Source: Bdellovibrionales bacterium
GTDB lineage: Bacteria > Bdellovibrionota > Bdellovibrionia > Bdellovibrionales > Bdellovibrionaceae
Reading direction: 5' to 3'
Length of the DNA: 25,365 nucleotides
NCBI GenBank assembly: GCA_031370005.1
Contig: JANMPT010000057.1
Location: 1-25,365, forward strand
In this document: positions 17,171-25,365 of the stretch, one piece after another
How the letters are laid out: every line of letters begins with the position of its first letter
Numbering within the stretch: the stretch's first letter is position 1
Notes under the pieces: model-generated
Seen by the model: only the letters and a program-made list of their open reading frames with translations
Database searches by the model: none
What the model was told of the DNA's origin: nothing
Made by a program: the position numbers and the translations under genes

Positions 17171-18621
17171 AGCTCTTGCTTGTAGCACTCTTGATTTCCA
17201 CTCAAGCCCTGGGCTTACCAGCAGACTTGAGTTGTAAACCCAGCATTTCCCTCTCACAAAAAGACGTTGCAGAGCTCATCTTGAAACAAGGTCGTCGCAC
17301 TCAAGAGACCAACCTTCAGTATCAACAACTCCGCCTGTCAGTCGCTCAGTCTTTGGCCGCCTATCAATGGGACTTTCTGGCAACGACGGGTTATCTTTTT
17401 GATAAGTCCGTGGGTCTTCAGACAAGCTTATTTGAAAAAAGCGAAAATCTCACAACCAATCTTAAACTTGCTAAGAACTTCACAACAGGTACCAATGTCA
17501 GTGTTGAGTACAAAAGAACTTCTTTTAAAGGGGATCCAAGTACAATCACGGGGGCCAACACCCGCAGCGTTGCTACTCAAGATTTATTAGGACTAAATAT
17601 TGCTCAGAATCTTTGGGCGAATTTTTTTGGTATCGCCGATCGAGGTGATACAGATGCTGCGGATTTAAACTATAAATCCTCTGTAATCTTAAGAACTAAT
17701 GATCTTGAGAACCTCGTCCTTGATACCATTCGAGCTTTCTGGGCTGCTTACGTCTCAGAACAGAACTTCAAAGAGGCCATGACCTCCCGGGATCGTTCTA
17801 AAAAACTTGTCGACGCCGTGAAAAAGAAAAGCAACTATGGTTACGCAAACCCTGGGGAGTTCGCCCAAGCGCAAGCGGACTATGAGGGCCGCATTCAAAA
17901 TGTAAAAGACACCTCTACAACCTATTTGGCAAACCTTGACACCTTGAATACCCTACTGAGCCTTCCACGAAACTGCGAAGTGAAGTTTACAATTACAAAT
18001 GTGATCCCACTAGTACCTCAGCTTCCCGAAAAATCTTTGCAAGATTTGCGATTGATTCGTTCTGAAAAATTGAAGCTGCATGCAGCTCAAAGGGCTTACG
18101 ATGCGGCCAGGTCAAAAGATGCTCCCGCACTGCAGTTCGTCGGCAAGATCTATACCTATGGCGCACAAAATGACGGCAATGGAGCCTATAGCGATATGGT
18201 CTCAGGCGCTCATCCCCAATACTATGCGGGTCTTCAGTTTGAATACCTCTTTGGCGCGGATTTACTCGGTGAAACTCGCATGAATAAAAAATATGCAAAA
18301 GACCTCGAAGAAGTGAAACTGTCGAGAATCACCCAAGAAGCTGAAGATAGTCAGGCTCAGGCCCAAAGAAAAGTACAAGCGACCTATGCTGCGGTCCTCA
18401 GCACTAGCGAACAAAAAAAGTATCGCGAAAAAGCATTACAAGAACTCACCCGTAGTTTTAACCAAGGGCGCACCGATATAAGCATCTATATCGACGCCAT
18501 GAATAAGCTTTCCACTGCGGAAATTCAATATAGCCAGGCCATTGGCAACTACCAAACAGCCTTGAATGAATGGGCAGCGACTCGCGATGAACTCATCCCA
18601 GATGTTGCCCAGGAGGAATAA
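17164..18621 (+). CDS. TolC-family outer-membrane channel
   Basis: Two OEP-like repeats (IAQNLW..F, TIRAFW, LNTLLSL, P.LQFVG, FNQGRTD), signal peptide. Confidence 0.88.
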   Translation: MVKLLLVALLISTQALGLPADLSCKPSISLSQKDVAELILKQGRRTQETNLQYQQLRLSVAQSLAAYQWDFLATTGYLFDKSVGLQTSLFEKSENLTTNLKLAKNFTTGTNVSVEYKRTSFKGDPSTITGANTRSVATQDLLGLNIAQNLWANFFGIADRGDTDAADLNYKSSVILRTNDLENLVLDTIRAFWAAYVSEQNFKEAMTSRDRSKKLVDAVKKKSNYGYANPGEFAQAQADYEGRIQNVKDTSTTYLANLDTLNTLLSLPRNCEVKFTITNVIPLVPQLPEKSLQDLRLIRSEKLKLHAAQRAYDAARSKDAPALQFVGKIYTYGAQNDGNGAYSDMVSGAHPQYYAGLQFEYLFGADLLGETRMNKKYAKDLEEVKLSRITQEAEDSQAQAQRKVQATYAAVLSTSEQKKYREKALQELTRSFNQGRTDISIYIDAMNKLSTAEIQYSQAIGNYQTALNEWAATRDELIPDVAQEE

Positions 18622-18622
18622 A

Positions 18623-19510
18623 ATGAAATCTCTTAAATGGTGCCTTATTACTTTTGCGACTCTGACTTTGGCGGCATGTGCCTTTGATAAAAATAGCAAT
18701 ACAGACACTCAGTCCGAGATTGAAAACCGCAATACGCTGAATGAAAAATACAGCCATGTTATCGGAGTTTACCGTGGCACGGTGTCTTCTGGAAGCGGAG
18801 TTCAAAATGTGGAGCTATCTTTTTACACAGTGGATGTAAAAGTTGGCGAAACCTCTAGTGGCCAACCAAAATTCCAGCCCGCTCTTATGACCCGTTATCG
18901 TCTTTTAGACAACGTTGTTGATGATATTGTAATGGTCGCAACATATCTTCCAGAAAATACTGGTCAAATTTTCATGTCAAACAAAGACAATACTTTTGGC
19001 ATTAGTGGCACTCTCCGAGGCGAAACTATCACAGGCAATGTCACAAGGAACGGAGGCCAGTGGGGCACTTTAAATGTAAGCTTGATTAGCCGTGAGTCCT
19101 CAACTCCGAACGATGCCAATGACCGTGCGGAAAGAAATGACCGCCTTATGAAAATTTATGAGCCCATCGTCGGCCAATACCTGGGTAACGTCGTCCCCCC
19201 AGTGAAGCAAGGTCAAGCTTTTGCTATTGAAGTGAATATCACGATTGATCAAGTGAAAGACAAAGATGGTTTCTATGCTCCGGCTTTAAAAGCAGACTAC
19301 AAGCCTGCTGGTCAAAATGATAGAAACTTGGCCTTATCTTTAGACGTGGACTACAAGCCCGATGCAAATCCACCTTATATGAGTTTGGTTTCCCAAGCAA
19401 AAAATGATTACTCCGTGACTATGGCGGGAACCATTAGCAACGGAGTTTTCCATGGAATCTTCACAAATAAGTTTGCAATCCAAGCCACTGTGACTCTTAA
19501 AAAACAGTGA
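18623..19510 (+). CDS. Hypothetical lipoprotein with two tandem beta domains (295 aa)
   Basis: ATG 18623 with AGGAGG RBS; lipobox LAAC; internal repeat (KYSHVIGVYRGTV / IYEPIVGQYLGNV). Confidence 0.8.
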   Translation: MKSLKWCLITFATLTLAACAFDKNSNTDTQSEIENRNTLNEKYSHVIGVYRGTVSSGSGVQNVELSFYTVDVKVGETSSGQPKFQPALMTRYRLLDNVVDDIVMVATYLPENTGQIFMSNKDNTFGISGTLRGETITGNVTRNGGQWGTLNVSLISRESSTPNDANDRAERNDRLMKIYEPIVGQYLGNVVPPVKQGQAFAIEVNITIDQVKDKDGFYAPALKADYKPAGQNDRNLALSLDVDYKPDANPPYMSLVSQAKNDYSVTMAGTISNGVFHGIFTNKFAIQATVTLKKQ

Positions 19511-19511
19511 G

Positions 19512-19799
19512 CTACATTTTGCAGGAAACTTTAACCTCTTCAGGGTTATAGAAGCCACCAACAATCAAGCCAATCAATACTTGAATCGGGCCAGTGCGAG
19601 TCTCAACTGAATTCCAATCTCCATCGCAAGACTTGCGAGGATCAACTGGCTCACTGAACTCCACCAATTTAAGAATTCCGATATGATGAAAATTTTCGGT
19701 TTCATAGCGAGGATGAACGTCCGGCCCTTTGTTGAGATTAAAGGTGTGACATGCTGTTAACGAAAAACAAAGAACGATAAGATATAATATAGACTTCAT
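19512..19799 (-). CDS. Bor/Iss-family lipoprotein (copy 2)
   Basis: Lipobox LTAC, VD....C, ET, G.YNP..V.V.C. Confidence 0.75.
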   Translation of the reverse strand: MKSILYLIVLCFSLTACHTFNLNKGPDVHPRYETENFHHIGILKLVEFSEPVDPRKSCDGDWNSVETRTGPIQVLIGLIVGGFYNPEEVKVSCKM

Positions 19800-19801
19800 T
19801 G

Positions 19802-20110
19802 TTATGCACCCTTCCCACACCAAACTTTAACAGTTTTCGGTGAATAGATTCCAATCGTAATAATACCTAAAAAAGAATCTAAAAAAGTAGATTGAGTTTG
19901 AATCTGTTGTGGTTCTTGTCCGTTGCATGGCTTAGTGATATCGACTTGCTGCTTGCCGACCAAACCAAAAAGAAAGAAAGCTTTGCTATCTTCATAGTCG
20001 GCCTCTCGACCTACTTTTGGCTTACCCTGAGGCGAAATGGTAACGGTAGAACACCCCGCAACAAAAATTATACAAAAACTAATAACAAATATTTGAAAAA
20101 AACTTTTCAT
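19802..20110 (-). CDS. Bor/Iss-family lipoprotein (copy 1)
   Basis: Lipobox VAGC; FFLFGL, VD....C.G, QTQSTFLDSFLGIITIGIYSP..V.V.C matches the lambda Bor pattern. Confidence 0.88.
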   Translation of the reverse strand: MKSFFQIFVISFCIIFVAGCSTVTISPQGKPKVGREADYEDSKAFFLFGLVGKQQVDITKPCNGQEPQQIQTQSTFLDSFLGIITIGIYSPKTVKVWCGKGA

Positions 20111-20138
20111 GTATATCACTCCCTCGATATGTCCTGAA

Positions 20139-20167
20139 ATTATTCACACGACGAGTTGGGTTGTCAA
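20139..20167 (-). promoter_or_regulatory. Sigma70 promoter of the bor pair
   Basis: TTGACA-N17-AATAAT on the minus strand. Confidence 0.7.
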
Positions 20168-20224
20168 ATCCATAAAAAAACGTCTAGATAATCTCTGGGC
20201 AGCACACTACCCAGAAATGTTACT

Positions 20225-20239
20225 GTCTCACTCTGAGAC
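20225..20239. promoter_or_regulatory. Palindromic operator-like site GTCTCA-N3-TGAGAC
   Basis: Perfect 6-3-6 palindrome about 60 nt upstream of a sigma54 motif. Confidence 0.5.
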
Positions 20240-20297
20240 TGCATTTCCCAGCCAAGGCTTCCGTAGGTTTTACCAACTCACAAATTAAGCAAAAACC

Positions 20298-20313
20298 TGG
20301 CATCACCTTTGCC
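20298..20313 (+). promoter_or_regulatory. Sigma54 -24/-12 promoter of the large hydrolase gene
   Basis: TGGCAT-CACCT-TTGCC (GG-N10-GC). Confidence 0.65.
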
Positions 20314-20377
20314 ATATACCTTAGGTATGGACCTTAGGCATAACACTTCTGCTAGCGGATTCTATGGAGGACCTTAT

Positions 20378-23300
20378 ATGCGCGCCGCTTTTTTCACCGT
20401 CTTGGCTCTCGCTACCCTCATGGGCGCATTGAATGCTCGTGGCGATGAGCAAGCCCCGCAAGCAGTTGAAACTATCGTCCTAGGCGCTGACGGACTTAGC
20501 TATAGGGCATTTAAGGCCGCGCAAGCACAAGGACTCTTTAAGGAGTTCACCCACGTCGGTGCCCACGTCGCTCCGTTTCCATCTATGACAGACCTTTCAT
20601 GGTCTAGCGTCATGGATACAGCAAATATCTTCGGCGCTGCTGGCCGCATTAAATCTGTTGAAGCCACTTACTTTGATGAGTCCACCCAATCTGTCCAAGG
20701 CGATCCCCGTGATTACTATCGCCGACTTGCTTTTCCTAAATACTATATGGGAGCCTTTGGTTCTTACTTCAATCCCTATATAGAAGGCCTCATGTACTTT
20801 CCAACAGAGGAAGTGCCAAAACTTGAAATCAAATCTGTGATTGATGATCTCTCATCTGCAAAGCCAAAAAAAGTACTTACCGGCTATATCGGTGCTACTG
20901 ATTCGATGGCTCACACGCAGTATCAACGCCTTTTCCCAGTTATGAAAATTTTAGACACTGAAATAACCCGTCTTATTAAAAACTATAAAAACAAAGGCCG
21001 TGACATAGAGGTGGTTCTCGTTTCTGACCATGGAAACATCGGTCGCTTTAATGAAGGCCAGTCAGAAAAAGAGCTCATCGCTGTGGATATTAAAGCTCCA
21101 CTTCAACGAGGTGGTTTTGAATTCGTACAACAACTAAAAAATGATAAGGATGTGACTTCCCCATTGATGGCCTTAGGTTCTTGGGCTCCGATCTATCTAA
21201 AAAACCGCAAGTACATGACTGCTGTGATCCGCGAATTCCGCAAAGAAACCTGGTTTGATCTTGCGGTCTATATCAATCGTAACAATAGCGTAGAGACTGT
21301 TATGACCGTGGTTTCCAACCAAGGCGAAGCGCAAATTCAATTCATTAAAAGTACAGGACTCTACTACTACTATGACCTTCAGGGAAATCCATTAAAAATC
21401 CCTGTAACATCTATTTCTACTAAAACAGTATTGAAGCCTATTGGTACAGCCGCTGCGCTGATTTTGACCGCACAAACTCCTTATCCTGATTCTCTCTATC
21501 GAATTATTGAATCCGCTTCAGCAAGAAACTTTGATTTCCCAGATTTTATTCTCAGTTTGAAAGATGCTTACTATATCCAATCCTCCTTGGGCGCATTTAC
21601 AAAAATGTACCGCACCCATGGCTCTCTTTCTGCGAATTCAAGCTTTGGTTTGATCGCCTCTAATAAGCGCCGGGTTCCGGGGCAAATTCGATCTAAAGAC
21701 ATCCTCCCTTTCCTTGGCGTCAATCAGCGCAGCCTTTTTGGTGAAACTCTAGAAAAGTTCCAGCAATCAGGCTCTTTGGCTCTTGCAACCGTCATGAAAA
21801 ACTACCCGCGCGGAATTGAAACAGATGCAAAAGATTTCTCACAACAACGTATCTTTCAATACATCACGCGCTTTGTCTCTGACACCCGCCCTTACTTCGT
21901 GGTTTCCGAGATGCGAAGCCTTATGGATGCCTTCAAGTTTGACCCCCTCAAGCAAACAGGCGCTCAGGCCTTGTCACCAATGAATTTCGATATCACGAAG
22001 TTTAATGTCACAAGCATGATTAGCCCCGAAGACATTGGTGCCGTAACGGACGCCGTCTTAACTGCGGGATCCACAGAAGGCCTGATGAAAGATCCACGTA
22101 TTGAAAAACTAAAAACAAAAGTAGGCCTTCTTCAGGACAGCAAGCAAGCAAACCTTGAAACAAAAGAACTCGAGATTGACGATAGCTACGTAGACAAACT
22201 TAAAACTTATCTGCTTCCGGCGAAAAGAAGCGTAATGAAGCTCTATCAGATCCCTTACCTCTTAGAGAAATCATTGATTGTGCAAGAAAAGCCTTTTATT
22301 GAAGAAACTCGGGACATGGCCTTTGCTAGAGACTGGTTAAGCTCCCGTGATCGCTCCATTACTAAGTACAAAACATTGCAAAATGCCAATGATGAGAAAA
22401 TCAGCCCCATACAAATGCTTTTCAAGGAGGCCATCAAAGAAGCCGACCTTGAAGATCGCATCTTCCCGACTCCACTAGATAAAATCTATAACCGAAACAA
22501 TATGGAAGATTTGACCATCGTCTATGTCCCTGGAATTTATAATAGCATTTTTGACCGCGAGATCTTTAGTCTTGGCCTAAATGCCCTTTCAGATGAAATG
22601 GGTTTCCGGGTGATTCAACCTCCAGTGGAGGCAAGCTGTGCGGCTGACTTCAATGGGGATATCATCGCCAATTTCCTTCATGAAGACTTTAAAAATCGCA
22701 TCGCCCGCGGCCAGAAGCCCCCGCGCTACTTGATTTTGGGTTATTCAAAAGGTGCCGTTGATGCGCTTCAATTTATGGTTAAAAACCAACAGTTCACGTC
22801 AACCTACGTTAAAGGCTTTGTGGCAATTGCAGCACCCTTGCATGGTTCAACGATTCTAAATAAAACAGATCTTCCTTTTGCTCTGGTAGCGGCTCTTTCC
22901 GAAAATGGCGGACCTGAAATTTGCAAAAGCAATAAACCGGCGGCAAAATCCTTAACTCCAAGCGCGATGCAAAGTTTCTGGAGAAAAAACGAAAGGGCTC
23001 TTATTGGGCTGACTCGTTATTTCTCTGTCACTTTCGAGAGTGACCCTGAGGACTCTCACATCTTTATGAAGGCCACTAAAATTATTGCACAGTTTGACGA
23101 AAACAATGACGGCGTTGTCACGACTTCCTCTTCCAAATTCCCCAGCAACTTGCTAGCCTTGGATCTTGGCACTGTCAAAGCCGATCACCTGGCCGGCATC
23201 TTGGCTTCACGTTTTAATCAAAAAGCATTCATGAAGGGGCTCATTAATACTTTAAGTGAATTGGATGTGAACAATGAAGTGCAAAATCTTAAATGGAATA

Positions 23301-24334
23301 CGAACATAATTCTATCTATGCTAAATAAACACCCTATTAAAACTCGCGCTTACTATCGAATAACTTCCAAGGGCCTCGCTCAAAAAATCCATTTGGATTC
23401 AAGTCTTGCGCAGACCCGCACTAAGGATGTAATTCCCTTCTCTACGAGCTGGGAACTCAATCATATGCTTTTGCCCACGGTAAGTGATCCGGTGGATGAC
23501 TATGAACCAAAGGTTCACCTGCCGACCTCACAGATCAAGTATGATCCTTACGCAGTCCTTGATGTGCAGAAACTTCCAGAGATCCTGGCTGTGGCCCGCG
23601 TAGCCCCCGCATCAACCCAGAACCTGCCAAAAGGAATTGATATTGAGTTCCATCATAAAAACATGGTTCACTTCCGCATGGACCACCAATTTAATTATGA
23701 GTCTCGCTCACCCCTTGGGAACGATGACAATAAAAATTATGGTTACATCAACTCGGACTTTAAGGGTGAAAAAAACTGGGTTGCTATGAGAAGCGTCAAT
23801 AACTCAATCCGCATGACAACGCTTTCTTACCGCTTTTCGCCTCTTGAGTTTAGCAAGATGTCTTTAAAGCTTGCTGTCACCAAAGGTGTAAAAGGAGCAG
23901 ATCCTGTAAAAAACAAAACAGGCAAAGATGATTCTGCATATCAAGTATGGTTTACGATCCGCGAGGGGCGCGCCAATGGCGATCGCTCGCTAATAGATAT
24001 CAAAGATGACAATATATTCCTCTTTGGATACTACTGGGGTGACCCCGCGCCAGGAGAAAACCGCAAGGCTGGAGATATTTTTGAAAATTGGTACTCCAAT
24101 AAGAACGTCGTGATCACGACCTTACCAGAGGCAAAACAATTGCTGCTTAATAACCAGGATATGCTCGGTAAAGTTCAAATCTATAATCGCAATCTTGCCC
24201 AGGACTTAAAGCGCGCTTTTCCAAATAAACACGTGGAAGACATGGATGTGGTGGCCATCACCATGCAAGACGATTCAAACGACACAAAAGATTCTTCGGA
24301 AGCTTACTTCAAATGGTTAAAACTCATGCCATAG
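20378..24334 (+). CDS. Secreted multidomain hydrolase: alkaline-phosphatase-superfamily phosphodiesterase + alpha/beta-hydrolase (lipase) + DUF3047-like domain (1318 aa)
   Basis: ATG 20378 with GGAGG RBS and signal peptide; GADG, FPSMT, DSMAH, VSDHG, THG; VPG, GYSKG, NDGVV, ADH; DDSAYQVW, RNLAQDLKRAF, DSNDT. Confidence 0.82.
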   Translation: MRAAFFTVLALATLMGALNARGDEQAPQAVETIVLGADGLSYRAFKAAQAQGLFKEFTHVGAHVAPFPSMTDLSWSSVMDTANIFGAAGRIKSVEATYFDESTQSVQGDPRDYYRRLAFPKYYMGAFGSYFNPYIEGLMYFPTEEVPKLEIKSVIDDLSSAKPKKVLTGYIGATDSMAHTQYQRLFPVMKILDTEITRLIKNYKNKGRDIEVVLVSDHGNIGRFNEGQSEKELIAVDIKAPLQRGGFEFVQQLKNDKDVTSPLMALGSWAPIYLKNRKYMTAVIREFRKETWFDLAVYINRNNSVETVMTVVSNQGEAQIQFIKSTGLYYYYDLQGNPLKIPVTSISTKTVLKPIGTAAALILTAQTPYPDSLYRIIESASARNFDFPDFILSLKDAYYIQSSLGAFTKMYRTHGSLSANSSFGLIASNKRRVPGQIRSKDILPFLGVNQRSLFGETLEKFQQSGSLALATVMKNYPRGIETDAKDFSQQRIFQYITRFVSDTRPYFVVSEMRSLMDAFKFDPLKQTGAQALSPMNFDITKFNVTSMISPEDIGAVTDAVLTAGSTEGLMKDPRIEKLKTKVGLLQDSKQANLETKELEIDDSYVDKLKTYLLPAKRSVMKLYQIPYLLEKSLIVQEKPFIEETRDMAFARDWLSSRDRSITKYKTLQNANDEKISPIQMLFKEAIKEADLEDRIFPTPLDKIYNRNNMEDLTIVYVPGIYNSIFDREIFSLGLNALSDEMGFRVIQPPVEASCAADFNGDIIANFLHEDFKNRIARGQKPPRYLILGYSKGAVDALQFMVKNQQFTSTYVKGFVAIAAPLHGSTILNKTDLPFALVAALSENGGPEICKSNKPAAKSLTPSAMQSFWRKNERALIGLTRYFSVTFESDPEDSHIFMKATKIIAQFDENNDGVVTTSSSKFPSNLLALDLGTVKADHLAGILASRFNQKAFMKGLINTLSELDVNNEVQNLKWNTNIILSMLNKHPIKTRAYYRITSKGLAQKIHLDSSLAQTRTKDVIPFSTSWELNHMLLPTVSDPVDDYEPKVHLPTSQIKYDPYAVLDVQKLPEILAVARVAPASTQNLPKGIDIEFHHKNMVHFRMDHQFNYESRSPLGNDDNKNYGYINSDFKGEKNWVAMRSVNNSIRMTTLSYRFSPLEFSKMSLKLAVTKGVKGADPVKNKTGKDDSAYQVWFTIREGRANGDRSLIDIKDDNIFLFGYYWGDPAPGENRKAGDIFENWYSNKNVVITTLPEAKQLLLNNQDMLGKVQIYNRNLAQDLKRAFPNKHVEDMDVVAITMQDDSNDTKDSSEAYFKWLKLMP

Positions 24335-24432
24335 AACAAATTGAAACTGAAAACTGGAAGAAAAGAAAATAGACTTGTAGATCGAATAATATATACAAGT
24401 TTTAGACTGGCTTTACAAAAAAGGAGCAAGTC

Positions 24433-24963
24433 ATGGATCTACAACAACCAGAACTGCCGCGCGAGTCCAAACAAAAAATAAAAATCCCATTGCCAGAACT
24501 CCCCTCACCAAACAAAACATCAATTGCCAATCAAGTTTGTTGGTATATGGGTGGTTTGATGATTGTTCTTGGCCTTGTTGGTTATGTAGTACCAAACCTT
24601 TTTGAGGCCAATCTAAACCCCGTCCATAATCTTATCCTTTTGGTTTCCGGAGCGCTGGCTCTATGGTTTGGCCTGACTGCCGCCAATTACACGGCTAAAA
24701 GATTTTGCAACTGGTTTGGCGGTGTTTATATGTTGCTCGGAGTGGCGGGCTTTGCCTTTGGCCATCGGGCACTTTCTCTCACAAGGCCAACGGCATCAGG
24801 CATCCCCGAAGAAAGTGCTTTTCTATGGCAACTCGTGCCTGGAAAATTCGAGCTCGGCACCGCTGACCATGTCCTCCATATTATAATTGGTGGCGTTTTT
24901 CTCTTAGGTGCCTTCTATACACTTAGAAAAACACGACCCTTTGATAAGATCACTTGGCACTAA
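24433..24963 (+). CDS. DUF4383-family membrane protein
   Basis: AAGGAG RBS; four TM segments with NPVHNLILLVSG, GGVYMLLGVAGF, TADHVLHIIIG. Confidence 0.8.
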   Translation: MDLQQPELPRESKQKIKIPLPELPSPNKTSIANQVCWYMGGLMIVLGLVGYVVPNLFEANLNPVHNLILLVSGALALWFGLTAANYTAKRFCNWFGGVYMLLGVAGFAFGHRALSLTRPTASGIPEESAFLWQLVPGKFELGTADHVLHIIIGGVFLLGAFYTLRKTRPFDKITWH

Positions 24964-25005
24964 CTAATAGAGAAGTAAAATTAAAGAAGTAAAATCCATT
25001 TTCAC

Positions 25006-25030
25006 AAGCTCTCCTGAGTGGAGAGCTTTC
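25006..25030 (+). terminator. Terminator-like hairpin after DUF4383
   Basis: AAGCTCTCC-tgagt-GGAGAGCTT, 9-bp stem with a short U tail. Confidence 0.55.
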
Positions 25031-25179
25031 TGCAAGCAGGGTGCGCGTTCGTAGTGCTTTAAATTTCAAAAAAAACCTATCTATGGCACCTCTAAACTCT
25101 ATTTAGATTTAGGCTCCTTCTGAAGCGCCGAAGCCCTTGTTAACACGCAACAAAACTCACTATTTACAACAGAAATTAA

Positions 25180-25208
25180 TTGCCATTTTTTAGCTCTTAA
25201 ACTATACT
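25180..25208 (+). promoter_or_regulatory. Sigma70 promoter of the terminal ORF
   Basis: TTGCCA-N17-TATACT, 11 nt before the ATG. Confidence 0.65.
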
Positions 25209-25219
25209 GCCCCAAATTT

Positions 25220-25365
25220 ATGACCAAACAAGCCAGCTTTTTTGACTACCACAAGATGAAAGAAACCAAAGCCAAATACGGCAGGACCTGCCATGGCGGC
25301 CCCACATCCTGTGGACATCGTAAAGAACAACGCCCCCTCTCCGCAGGAAAGTGGATCCACCTAGT
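25220..25365 (+). CDS. 5' part of a probable HUH/Y1 (IS200-like, REP-associated) transposase; runs off the window
   Basis: Open frame MTKQASFFDYHKMKETKAKYGRTCHGGPTSCGHRKEQRPLSAGKWIHL..; the HGG...RK..RPL.....H[LV] pattern is recalled from such transposases; catalytic motifs lie outside the window. Confidence 0.6.
   Translation, partial: MTKQASFFDYHKMKETKAKYGRTCHGGPTSCGHRKEQRPLSAGKWIHL

Noticed and set aside
19512..20110. Prophage suggested by bor genes
   Set aside because: No integrase, lysis or structural phage genes nearby.

Overview
Bacterial chromosomal window whose gene content suggests a Bdellovibrio-like (Bdellovibrionota) predator. This is an inference from the many secreted hydrolases and lipoproteins, two PilZ genes, DUF4360, and sigma28/sigma54-type promoters. 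The backbone carries a HEAT-repeat gene, a membrane-anchored coiled-coil gene, pyrC, ispZ/yciB-like, a DUF6279-like lipoprotein, DUF4360, an S8 subtilase, uppP, an SDR and a coiled-coil/SH3 gene. Further on are a four-gene outer-membrane operon with TolC, two Bor/Iss lipoproteins, a ~1318-aa phosphodiesterase + lipase + DUF3047-like fusion, DUF4383, and the start of an HUH (IS200/RAYT-like) transposase. An AT-rich insert at ~11.6-14.1 kb holds an IS21 left-end remnant fused to an RHS-like scrap, plus the best candidate for an undescribed system. That candidate is a translationally coupled three-gene operon: a tandem DUF3467-like protein, an Xre/MbcA-type antitoxin with a long N-terminal extension, and a RES toxin, sitting behind a sigma28 (FliA)-like promoter. 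All family calls come from motif recognition by eye; no database search was run.
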